The notes beneath the pieces were generated by a model. That model made no database searches and was not told the DNA's origin. It was given only the letters and a program-made list of their open reading frames with translations. The translations under genes were made by a program, and so were the position numbers. Of a stretch of 64,000 nt of DNA, positions 25,131 to 37,323 are shown piece by piece (position 1 is the stretch's first letter; each line of letters starts with the position of its first letter). Origin of the DNA: Eledone cirrhosa (Eukaryota); contig OZ024741.1 of assembly GCA_964016885.1 (NCBI GenBank), forward strand, positions 104,594,001-104,658,000, given 5' to 3'.

Positions 25131-25899
25131 TCCAAATTTTACCTATCAGTACAATAATGGTGGATTTTTTTTATTGGTTTTGATGAAGAGATGCCCAATT
25201 GTGAATTAATGTATAAATGGTTCAATATTCCACAGACATGTACCTATAACATAATTTCCAAACTGAATCAGCATGGCACAGTATGTGAAAAGGTACAGTA
25301 CATCTGATGGGTATCTCCACAATTTCACTCATGAGGCTTGGATCGACTCAAGGCTATGGTAAAGATACTAACCTAAGACAGGCATCAAACTTAGGGTCTC
25401 ATTATTATGAAGCAAACTTCTTAAAAACTTAGCCATACCTGTGCCTGCACCCTCATATATTTAATTACTATGGGAAACACAATAGATCATCTCTAATCCA
25501 AAGGCTGACCAACAAGTGGGTCATTGAAGTGTTCTGTATGATGCCCTTCCCCCAGTTTGGTGGAAGGAAACAGTGGTAGTCCATAATCTTGAGATGCCAG
25601 AGCTCTCAACAGCAACCAACACAAAAGACAAACTGTCCATTAATTGTTTCTACTTTTGGCACAAGGCCAGCAATTACCCAGTGCATTACTGGTACTTTAT
25701 TTTATCGACCCCGTAAGGATGAAAGGCAAAGTCAACCTCGGCGGGATTTGAACTCAGATCGTAAAGGGACGTAACTATGCTGGAAAGCATGGCGTCCGAC
25801 CCTCTACCGATACTGCCAATCCACCGGTCCATTAATGCCTGGTATTTAGTCATCATCCACACTGCTTGGGAGATTTGAAATCTTAAGGGGGAATTCCAC

Positions 25900-26900
25900 T
25901 TGAAATGGGTTATAGGAGGGCCATGTTTGCATTTGCAGATGATGACATAATCATGGTGCTGGATACTTCAGCTGTAGAAGCAGACAGCACCATAATGAAA
26001 GATTATCAGTAGGTAATGGAGCTTGCAACAACAGGGACAAGATTGCAACATAGCACATGGAGTGGAAAGCCTATGCTATCTAGTGGCAATTTCTTCCTCT
26101 GGACAGATGGCACTGTTGTGGCACTGTTGAAGTGCTGAGAGTCTGCTTTAGTCTAGACCTCCAGCTAGAAAAGAACTGGTAGGAGATCATAATCAGGGTA
26201 GTCAATCTCATTTAGAAATGAGCAGTGAGAAGGCTGTCTCTGAAAGGTCAGGTGGAAGTGGCCAACATCTACATTGCTTTCACAATGGCCAATATACTAT
26301 CACCTAACCATCACCTTGGTGATATACAACCACTTGACCATCATGCCATACCCAAATAAACACCTGACCAGCATGGAACACATGCCCTTTCTCTTTTCAT
26401 GGAAAAGACAAGTAGCATTAGTCAGAAAATCCATCTGCTACCAATACCTTAGAATGCTATAACTACAGTTAACATACATGTAAAAAGCAGTGTGGGGACC
26501 TTTTGTGTGACTCCTCTTTCTGCAGCTCTTCTTTACATTGCTGTAGACTTGTATCTAACAGTTGCTATCATGTATAGGACAGATTGTGTTATTAGCTGGG
26601 ACTATAGTCAAAACTGAACCATCATTTTCCTTTAGAAGTGAAGTGCAGCAAGTCATCTTCTATCTGGTTTCTATGACAAAGGAAGCTGTATGATGGACAT
26701 ATTTAAAGGGTTTGAGGGCATAAATCTTCCTCTCTTGCCAGGCCCTCATCAATTTTGTCAAGTACCACCCGAGGAAGAAGGTGAGGGGATAGAACAGGAA
26801 TCTCAAACACATAGCCTGCAAACTACTTTTCTATGGTTCATTGCAGAGCAATTTTTGTGACTAATTGAGGAACATTTTAAACAGAAAATTTGTCCTCCAA
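25900..26900 (+). mobile_element. Decayed Tx1/L1-like RT fragment
   Basis: AFADD, RRLSLKGQVEVANIYI, LFSWK; homologous to 45830-46690. Confidence 0.6.
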
Positions 26901-27909
26901 CATTTTGTATTAATTCACATATCCAACTTACTGTCATATGCATATTCATTTTGATGGGAAAAAAAAAAAAAAATACCAGCATATCAGCCATATTGCAGAT
27001 ATTATAACTGGTGGAAATCACGTCCCTCACCATATAACCTTTGGTTTGCTGTGCCTTTCCCCCAGAATGTAATGGCCCTTTTGAGTCCTTGAGTTTGAGA
27101 CTATGGTTGTCTAAGCAGGAGAAAAGAAACCAGGAGAGTACACTTTTAATACTTGTTATGTGACAGAGCTAAGGGGGGGGGGGGGGTATAAAGGGTTTTC
27201 CTAAAATTACCCTAAAGTACAGTCTCCTCCTATTAGGGTATTATTTCTTGTTGACATTGTTATTGTTTTGTATTGTTATCATGACTATTTATTACAATTA
27301 TTGTTATTATCTCATGTTTTCATTTTGGTGATGTCCCCTTTCATTTATTAGATGTCAACTCCATTCTGTGTTGTTTTTGTCCTTGTATTGTTCCTGATGT
27401 CTTGGATCTTTCTAATCTTTCTCTGCCTTCAACCTTGTTGCTGCAGCTGCAAACCCGGGCACCACTGCCCAAAATGCAGAGGAGAGGAAAATAAACAAAT
27501 ATTGGGGCTTGTCCAACTGCTTCCTTTCTGTACCAGTCACCGTTGAGACCTCTGCTGTCCTAAGTCCTGCACTGCCAATTTCTTCCACTAATTTGGAAAG
27601 ATAGCAGCCAATTTGAGGAAGGAGCCTTGTGAGGTGGGGTAGCTGTTTCAGTGGGCGTTGCTGGCCATTCTGCATGGCAATGCCTTTGCCAGTCTGTCTG
27701 TGGGGAATGACCGAATCACCACAAGACAACGGTGCAGAGGCTGTCCCTCCCTCCTTCTCCACCTTTCATTTACTGGTTCATTTTCTTTTTTTCTTCTTCC
27801 TTCTCTTTTTTTATTTCATTTAGATATTATTTTGTCTAACTTTACATTTTGGTAATATTTATGTAAATAAAATACATTCTTCATTATCTATGAGGCTTGG
27901 TTGAAATGT

Positions 27910-29760
27910 TCATAGGGTGAGCAAGATACCCTCATGGAATGAGACCGAATGAGGTTTATTTTTCAATATGATCCCCCTTGCAGTCCACACACTTTTTCCA
28001 TCATTGTTGCAGTGCTTGGATCCCATTGGTGAAGAAGCTTTCATCCTGTTGGTCAAAAAAGTTATCAACAGCACATATATTGTGTTAACAGGTTGATGTG
28101 TCGGCTATCCCCTCAAGGTGGGGAGACAGGAAGCGATAGCTATATAAAGCCTATATTTTCCCACTTTACACACAGAGACATCGGAGTGATAGGATACACA
28201 ACTAACTATGTAAAGATTAACCACTAACTTCAGACCCGAGAGGTCTACAGAAAACACGACATTGGAGCGATAGGATACACAACTAACTATGTAAAGATTA
28301 ACTGCTAACTTCAGACCCCAGAGGTCTACAGAAAAGCCAGAGACATCAGAGCATTATGCTAGCAATTAACTATGTAAGGATTCACCACTATCAACAGACC
28401 CCATGAGGTCTACAGATACACACACAGAGATTGGAGCCATACTCTACAAACCATGTACAAGCCACAGTGGTCTACAACTAATTACAGACCATTCAGAGAT
28501 ATACAAACCATATCTCTCTCTCTCTTACTAACTACTGTCTCACAACTACTACCACGGACTCCAAATTCCAACAACAACAATTATCTGTCGCTCGCTGTTT
28601 TCACACCAACAACAACAGACTACAATAGCCTCACATCAGCAGCAATAACAACATTAACAACTCTTGGTAACTGTTTTATATGTACTTTTTAATTGATTCA
28701 CGTGAATTAAACTATATAACCAAATCATTTATTCTTTATATTCTTTATATTCTCGTTATTACATTTACACATATTCTTATTATTCATGTTATTTCCTCTA
28801 ACAATTTTGTTATTACATTTAACAATCTTGTTATTATCACATATCTAAATAACCACATATATCCATCTAACTTTTCATATTTAACCTTTCGTTAAATGAT
28901 GTCCACTGCGGTACTGGTTCCCATCCAAGTAGATTTTCATGTTGGGGAGCAGATGATAGTCAGATGGAGCCAAATCAGGAGAATAGGTAGGGTGATCACC
29001 CACTTCAAAGCCATAATCATGCACAGCAGCCATTGAAACCAAAGACTTGTGTGTTGGAGCATCGTCCTGATGAAACAAGACCCCTTTCATCAGTTTTCCT
29101 GGACGTTTGGTCTAGATAACCTTTTGTAACTATCTCAGTATGTTGGCATACCACTCTGCATTGATGGTGTGGCCCTTTTGAAGATAGTCAATAAACACAA
29201 TACCTTTTGCATCCCAAAAAACTGAGGCCATCATCTTCCCTGCAGATGAAACATCATTGGCCTTCTTTGGACAAAGAGACAATCCACTGCATGGATTGTC
29301 TCTGACTCAAAGTGATGAACCCAACACTCATCCTGGGTGAGGAAATCTTCAAGAAAACCAGCTATATTTGACTTCAACAATGTCAGATTTTCCCCGTGAT
29401 TTGATCAGCTTGGTGCACTTTTGATCAGAAACCTTCATCATGCCAAGACTATTGAGCAGATTATTCTTAACTCTCTCATGGATATGCTAATAGCATTGGC
29501 TATTTGATTTATAGTCAATCGCCTGTCATTCATCATCATGTGGTGACCATGATTAATGTTTTCCTCAGTGGTGGCACTTGCAGCATGTCAAGACTCTTCA
29601 TGACTCTCCCTTCCTTTCCTAAATTTAGCTGCCCACTTTTACACTGTTAATAAAGCTGGAGTGTCATCCCCTAATCTAGTAACCATGTCAGAATGAATGC
29701 CCTTGGGGTCTAAACTGTAGGTGCTTGATAACACCACAAGGCCAAATTTTGTCTATTTTC
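27910..29760 (-). mobile_element. Mariner transposase remnant interrupted at about 28078-28896
   Basis: GVLFHQDDAPTH, HPTYSPDLAPSDY; C-terminus FFTNGIQAL..WKKCV..KGDHIEK lies on the other side of the insertion. Confidence 0.88.
28080..28897. mobile_element. Probable solo LTR with internal tandem repeats of about 70-75 bp
   Basis: Homologous to 55020-55899; repeated GATAGGATACACAACTAACTATGTAAAGATT..GAGGTCTACAG units; ends TTCGTTAAA; inserted in the mariner. Confidence 0.5.
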
Positions 29761-31074
29761 CACCTTAGCATGAGTTAGATGTTGTGAGATAAGCCAGGCC
29801 AGATGACCCTGTCTTGCTCATACAGAACCGATTTGGTTTCTATGGTTGCATGCCCTTCCCAATACCAACCGCATTTACAGTGTGTACTGGGTACTTTTTG
29901 TCATGACACCTACACGACCACTTTACAGTGTGGACTGGGAACTCTTTGTTGTGACACCTACATGTTATTAATAGGAAGAGTTGCAATTAATGAATGCAAT
30001 ATTTCACAGATCTAGCACTACTCCTTCATAGTCAGCCTAAGAACTTTTCAGCCCACTCTCATACCCTAACTCTAGGGCAATGAATTAGCAGAATCTGTAA
30101 AGAAATATTTATTATTAGTATTACTTTCACTTGTAATTCACCTCTGGGCAGTTCCTTAATGCTTCTCAAAATTAAGCTTAAATTCCATATATAAATTTTT
30201 TATGAATAGATTTACAGAAGGGGAGAGAATAAGAGAGTGTGAGAAGGAGTAAGAGAGGAAGGGAAGAGGAGAGAGGAAGGGAGGGATTGTGTGTCTGTGT
30301 GTGTGTGTGAATGTATGTGTATTTAAATGTATTTTGTGTGTGAGAATGTATGTGTATTTAAATGTACTTGTGTGTGTGAATGTATGTGTATTTAAATGTA
30401 TTTGTGTGTGTGAATGTACATGTATGTGTCTGAATATATGTATGTGTGAACGTATATGTGTGCGAATGTGTGCGAACATATATGTGTGTGAATGTATGTG
30501 TGTGTGTGAATGTATATGTATATGTGAGTGTGTGTGAATATATATATATATATATGAGTATTTGTGAAATAACATGACATTTTTTCTGGAATGCATTGTT
30601 TTGTGTGTGTGTAAGTTGTGTTGTGTGTGTGTGTGTGTTGAGTGTAGTTCTAAGTGTGTCATTTCTATTGGAGAAGGTGAAAGCAGAAGAATGGGATGGT
30701 GGCAATGCAGGTGCTTGTTGTTGAGTTGGTGGTGGCGGCGGTATTAAAAATACTAGTAGTAGTATTTAGTTGTACTCCATTACCTCCTAAGTGACAGTGG
30801 GAGTTTGGTTCTTTTGTGTTCAACCTGGTGTATATGTGTATGTTTAAGGAACACATTCATACATTTAAACCTAATTATAACATTTACTCACTATCCATTT
30901 TTAAAAACTAAAAACTACAACTACCCATTATAATATCAAAAGCATGAACAATGTACTATTGTTCAGATGGTGAAAATAATTTAAAGTATTTCATCCACAT
31001 TTATTTTTAAACCTCAGATCTCATATAATGATAAAAAAAGTTGGATAGTGTAAACTTTATACCAGTGGCTAGAT

Positions 31075-31315
31075 CAGAGTTCCCAAAGCTGGGCGATGAA
31101 GCAATGATTGGTGGATGATATAGGATTTTGAGCCTTAAGGTATTTCAACATATGTTACCCAAAAACAAATATTTAAAGGAGATATAGAAAGAACCTGTAT
31201 AAAACAAAAGAAAACAGGAGACTCAAACATTTTTGGTGTTTTTGAATATATACTCTAAAGGTGAGTGGTGAAAAATTTTTCCATGTGATGAGGCAAAAAA
31301 GGTTGGGAATCCCTG
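31075..31315. mobile_element. hAT/Charlie-type MITE
   Basis: TIRs CAGAGTTCCCAA / TTGGGAATCCCTG; 8-bp TSD GGCTAGAT / GGCCAGAT. Confidence 0.75.
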
Positions 31316-31470
31316 GGCCAGATGGTATATCTCAGCAGGACTCCTCTCACAAGATGGCTAAAGTATTACCTCAGAAAAACCAGTGATGTCTGTTGCATCA
31401 GCCATTCCTCTTTTCAGGCCTTGGAGGAAGAACACCTCTGGTGGCAGTCCAGAGACCAAAGTCATATAAG

Positions 31471-31967
31471 CAGTGGTTGCCAACCAGTGGTGGTCCACAG
31501 AAAAATTCGGACATTATTTGCAATTTTATTAATAATAAAACAAAAATATTTGGTTAAAATATATTTTATGACACCCCTAAAAACTGTTTCTCCTCAGTAA
31601 AGAATTTTATACATATGTATCATCTATCAACAATATGACAAACGTATGCTTCAGTATTGTTTAATAATATGGAAGTTCTCTGATCATTATTTTACAAATG
31701 TCGGACGCCATGCTTTGACGCATAGAGTTACGGGCCTTGCCATTCTGAGTTCAAATCCCGCCGAGGTTAACTTTGCCTTTCATCCTTATGGGGTCGATAA
31801 AATAAAGTACCAGTAATACACTGGGTAATTGCTGGCCTTGTGCCAAAAGTAGAAACAATTATTTTACAAATGTATTTATCTTTTTAAAAAAAATCATATT
31901 AGTTGTCCGCGGGATTTAAAATTATGAATTTAGTGGTCCGTGAAGTACGAAAGGTTGGAGACCCCTG
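31471..31967. mobile_element. hAT-type MITE with a nested 5'-truncated SINE B
   Basis: TIRs CAGTGGTTGCCAACC / GGTTGGAGACCCCTG; the SINE at 31702-31857 is flanked by a 16-bp TSD ATTATTTTACAAATGT. Confidence 0.7.
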
Positions 31968-32077
31968 CACTAGCCATCTTAACAGTGACCAGCACAAAAA
32001 GCAAACAAGCAGTCAGTCACCTTCTGCTTCCTTTGCACTGTAGTCAGAAATATATGTGCGTGTGAGCATATATATAT

Positions 32078-32502
32078 AAACGGAAAAAATGAAACGAAAT
32101 TTCATTTCCCACTCTTGGTACGGCTGTTACTTAAATATAAGTATGTACACGTACATACATATATGTATACAGACGTACAGTAGTATGTATATATATATAC
32201 ATACATGCACACATATATATATATGTACGTATGGATTCACCGAACATTTATTATAATGCTCGGTGTGCTTGTAAAATAACATCCCGTATTAAGCCGTAGT
32301 GTCTAACAACCATCGTTGCTCGTTTGTTCAACACTGACAAAGGAACGCTGTACTAGTTTCAAGCTTATTAGCTATCGCCAGCAACGTATACCTTCCTGCC
32401 AGATGATTGAACGTCTGAAAATATATACTTTCCTTATGCATATTAACGGCTGAGCAGTCTAATTTGCATATCGAGTGGGTTAATCGGCCGGGTGCACCGA
32501 AA
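32078..32502 (-). mobile_element. Family-A HHR element, single monomer
   Basis: Colinear with 13925-14365; (TA)n on both sides. Confidence 0.8.
32345..32387 (-). ncRNA. Family-A hammerhead with core mutation (CTGGCGA)
   Basis: Minus strand: ACGTTG CTGGCGA TAGCTAATAAGCTT GAAA CTAG TA CAGCGT. Confidence 0.7.
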
Positions 32503-33115
32503 TATATATATATATACTAGCCTTGTTGCGTTTCACACATTTTTTGGTAAAAAAAATGATGATTGATTTTAAATAAGTGATATAATTTATGGAGAAAAAC
32601 TCTGCATTTCAATATTACTCAATGTAAAATATAATTGTTTCTACTTTAGGCACAAGGCCAGCAATTACCCAGTGCATTACTGGTACTTTATTTTATCGAC
32701 CCCGTAAGGATGAAAGGCAAAGTCAACCTCGGCAGGATTTGAACTCAGATCGTAAAGGGACTATAATGCATGAAAAATTGGAAAACATTATTTTTTGTAA
32801 TATATCAAATCAAAATTACATTATTAAATCTTATTCTTATTTTGTTTCTTGTAAATAATTTTTTTCAAAATAACAATTCAAAACTTTTGTGAGTAGGCAT
32901 CATATCTTGTCATTTACCTATGATTTAAATTTCATATAAATCGAAGGGAAACAATTTTCAGTGAGGGTTTGTGCCCCAGGGAACCCTTTGATTAAAATGA
33001 AATATACTTATCCAAGTATCCTGGGTAATGTAGTTTCAGAATATATATGGTTATGGGGGTCTATCTCCAAAACCATAGGAGGAGTTTGTGAACAAACAAA
33101 CAGACAGGAACTTCA

Positions 33116-33156
<41 letters not shown>

Positions 33157-33251
33157 TTGACCCCTCCCTCAGTATTTGCAGGGGTTACCTTCCTACAACA
33201 CTCACAAAGAGTGAAAAACCGCAAATATTAAATGTGGTTTCTGAAGATGCC

Positions 33252-33785
33252 TCATCATCACCGTTTTACATCCGTTCTTCCACGCTAGCATGGGTTAGAC
33301 GGGTTGTCCTGTTGTGAGCAGTGTCCAGTCGGCTGACCATGTCTTGCTCATACAGGAACTGATTCTGGGTTGATTTCTACAGCTGGATGCTCTTCCTAAC
33401 ACCAACCTCATTTACAGTGTGGGCTGGGTGCTTTTTTGCCATGGCACCTCCACGACCACTTTGCAGTGGGGGGGGGGGGCATATTGTCTATATGCTTCAG
33501 CTTCGGCTTGTTCCTGTGGGGGGTCGGATCTTCTGTATTACTGCGTGACGCCAGAAGTTACGGTTGTGTGTCATTGCCCTTGAGAGGTGCAATTGAGTAA
33601 GGTCGGCCTTTATCACCTCATCCCAGGTCTTCTTGGGTCTCCCCACTCCGTGGCTTCCATCAACTTCATGTGCTCTGCACCTTTTTATGCAGCTGTCATG
33701 CTTCATACGCATCACATGTCCATATCAACGTAACCTCCTCTCCTGCACACAGCATTTGATTCTTCTTATGCTCAGTCTCTCTCAA
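33252..33785 (-). mobile_element. RTE LINE 3' fragment
   Basis: GRPKKTWDEVI C-terminus plus shared tail. Confidence 0.85.
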
Positions 33786-33929
33786 ACAAAGTAAAATATA
33801 GGTCAGCAAATACAGTGTATTGTTATTAATAATTTAGTGTTAAAAAGCGTGAAAAAATATATCTCGTCATGAAAACAGCCATTAAAAAATTGCATAAGTT
33901 ATATACAATTCTGTGGATATGCAGTGGTT

Positions 33930-35745
33930 GTTACACGACCACTTTACATTATAGGGGTGGGCGAATTTTGTTGTGGCACACGACCACTTTACATTATAGG
34001 GGTGGGCGAATTTTGTTGTGGCACACGACCACTTTACAGTGTGTGCTGGGTGCTTTTTGTCCTCATACTTACATGATTACTTTACTGTGTGAGCTGGGTG
34101 CTTTTTGTCGTGAACCTACAAAAACACTTTACAGTGTGTGTTGGGTGCTCATCATGGCACCAAAATGACCTCTTTATGGTGTGGGTTGGGGATTTGGGGA
34201 GGTAGATCTAGGGATGTGGTGTTAGGACATGGGATGGGTACTAGGACGTGGGAGGGGTGATGGAAAGGAAGGGGGAACATACTAGATGTATGCCTGAGCC
34301 CTTGCATATGGGAAGGCGGGTCATCTGTATTACTGCATAATGCCAGAGAACATGGTCCTGTGTCATCGCCTTTGAGAGGTGCAATGGTGCAAGGTCAGCT
34401 TTTATCACTTCTACCCAAGTCTTCCTACTCCATAGATTCCATCAACTTTGAGCGTTCTGCACCTTTTTATACAACTGTCATCCTTCATATGGCCATACCA
34501 ACACAATCTCCTCTCTTGCACACTGCATCTGATCCCTCTTATGCCCAATGTATCTCTCAGTTCATGTATATTACTATTACACTCCATTGGTGCCTGCAGG
34601 CTTCATGTATTTCCAATCTTTGCAGGTCCTCTGCACACAGCATCTGCCTTTCATTTTGAGGGAAAACCCTTTTGTAGTTAGCAGCAGCAGTAGCTCACTG
34701 AACTTTCTCTATCCTGTTCTTTCAGATACTCTCCTCTACTGCTGATTTGGTCACCCAGGTAATGGAAACTTATTTCTACAGAGCTGTCTGGGAATTTGAA
34801 GGAGCTAGTATCCTATGGGCTCTTGCTATTTACTGCACCTGTGCATCGGCCACATATAAAACCTACATTCTTGATAGACTGCCTGTGATCCCACTATATT
34901 TTTTATGTACTTATAGCTTGCATTTGGAACATAGGGTGGAATTTCTACCTATTTATTTCCTGCACACTGAGTAATGCCATTTCTGTAAGTTAATTTGAAG
35001 ACCTATTGATTCTAGGCCATGCTTTCAGACTTAGAATTTCTTCTTTAATTCTGCCATAGATTCAGCTATAAGGGTTAGATCATCTGCATACAGAAGTTCC
35101 AATGGACAGCCAGTTTTACACCACTCTGTTATAGCCTTTAGGGTAATAAACAGGAGAGGGCTAATGACGGAGCCCTGATGGACACCTATCCGTATGCTAA
35201 ATTCTTCACTGTAGTCACTGTTAATTATAACCTTGCTGACTGCTCCTCTATACATGGCTTCTACTGCCTTCACAAGCCACACATCTACCCTTAGTTTTCT
35301 AAAAGCTCACCAGATAATGGAAAGGGGAAATCTTTTTTCCAGGTCCACAAAAGACAAGTAGAGGCGTTTACCTTTAACTAAGTACTTCTCCTGCAGTTGC
35401 CTCACAAGGAAGAGGGCATCTGTGGTACCTTTACCTGGTACAAATCCAAACTGCATCTAATCTAGGTTAACTTGATCCCTAATCAGCTGTGCAATAACTT
35501 TTGTTGTGGCCTTCATAACCTGGTCATCCAACTTAATGCCTCTATAGCTTTCTCTGTCTAGAGATTCTCCTTTGCCCGTGTAGTAGTTGATGCTGCTGCT
35601 ATGCCAGTCATTTGGTATGACACCATTTTGTATAACTTGGTTAACAATACAGGTGACTATGGCATAACCCACCATTCCTGATGCTTTTCAGCATCTTGGC
35701 AACTATCCCCGATGGTCCAGTTGCCTTGCCTGTCTTCATATCCCG
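33930..35745 (-). mobile_element. Degenerate RTE LINE copy
   Basis: GVHQGSVISP, LLYADD, YRGIKL fragments; tail with short internal tandem repeats. Confidence 0.88.
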
Positions 35746-37233
35746 CATTTGTTCTGGCTATTCAAATCCCCCTGTGGTCAACTTTGTCTTTTATTCTCCT
35801 AGAGTCAATGAAATAAAGTACCAGTAAAGGACTCGGGTTGATATAATCAACTTCTTCTTCCTTAAAATTGCTGGCCTTGTGCCTAAAATAGAATTCATTA
35901 TTAGTCAGGTAACTAATCCATTCCTTGGTAATTTAGTAACCAGATCATCATCATCATCATCATTCCATTTTACGTCCACTTTTCCCTGCTTGCAAGGGTG
36001 GGACGGGGACCTGATGCTGGCTTGATTTCTACAGCTGGATGCCCTTCCTAACACCAACCTCATTTACAGTGAGTGCTGGGTGCTTTTTTGCCGTGGCACC
36101 TCCACGACCACTTTGCAGTGGAATGATAGGGACCCCAGTCCCTATCATCTCATTTCTACAGCTGAGTAAACTGGAGCAATGTGAAATAAAGTGTCTTGCT
36201 CAAGGAAACAACACATCACCCGGTCTGAGAATTGAACTCACAACCTTTTGATTGCAAGGCCAATGCTCTAACCACTAAGCCATGTGCCTCCATGGTGGTA
36301 ATTAAATGTGCCTCCAGATGGTAATTTAATTGTCAAAAAGCTCTTTCGTTACCTGACTACTAATAAAACCCAAAGTTAAACTGAACTGAGATAATAACAA
36401 CATACATATATGTGTGTGTATAAAATAAGGTACTCAATACATTAGTAGAGAAAAGTACATATTTCATATGTACCCTTGTTAATTTGTTCAATTATTGCCA
36501 CTACACTACTAAATTTGTAGGAGTATACACTATTTCCTCAATTCATTTCAGTTATCATTCAGTAAGAGAGTGTGGCATGGTGTTACAATGCCATAGATGC
36601 ACAAAGCATCTTGTAGTAGTGTGGTTTTATAGATATATTATTTAATATAGAAATGGCTTCTACAGGACTAGAACTGTTTCATTCGAAGGAAATCATCAGA
36701 AAGGGCTTTCCTGATGAGTTTCTTTGAATGAAACATTGTATATATTCTACTATGTATTGAGTACATTACTTACTATAGTTACCCCCGATTGAACCCGGGG
36801 TACATACACATATATATATACACAAATAATGGATCAAAACATAAATATGTTTAGAATTTTGTGTTTCTCAATAACCAAGCTCAATAGACATTATCTATAG
36901 CAATAATAACCAAATGAAAAAGATATATGGCTCTTTCTCTATATATACATATATCTTTTTCATTTGGTTATATCATTATCTATATATATATATATATATG
37001 GCGGTGGATTGGCAGTATCGGTAGAGGGTCGGACGTCATGCTTTCCAGCATAGTTACGTCCCTTTACGATCTGAGTTCAAATCCAGCCGAGGTTGACTTT
37101 GCCTTTCATCCTTACGGGGTCGATAAAATAAAGTACCAGTAATGCACTGGGTAATTGCTGGCCTTGTGCCTAAAGTAGAAACAATTATCTATCTATATAT
37201 ATATATATATATATATATATCATGTTTAATATA

Positions 37234-37323
37234 CAAGGAGTCCCCCCAAAATGTATACACACTTTGATTATCTGTATATACAATATTTATTAGAACGGTG
37301 TATACATTTTTGAGGACACCCTG
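37234..37323. mobile_element. Small Tc1/mariner-type MITE (related remnant at 8316-8375)
   Basis: Imperfect TIRs CAAGGAGTCCCCCCAAAATGTATACAC / GTGTATACATTTTTGAGGACACCCTG flanked by TA. Confidence 0.6.

Noticed and set aside
28170-28420. Regularly spaced repeats as a CRISPR array
   Set aside because: Whole units are tandemly homologous with no unique spacers, and the context is eukaryotic.
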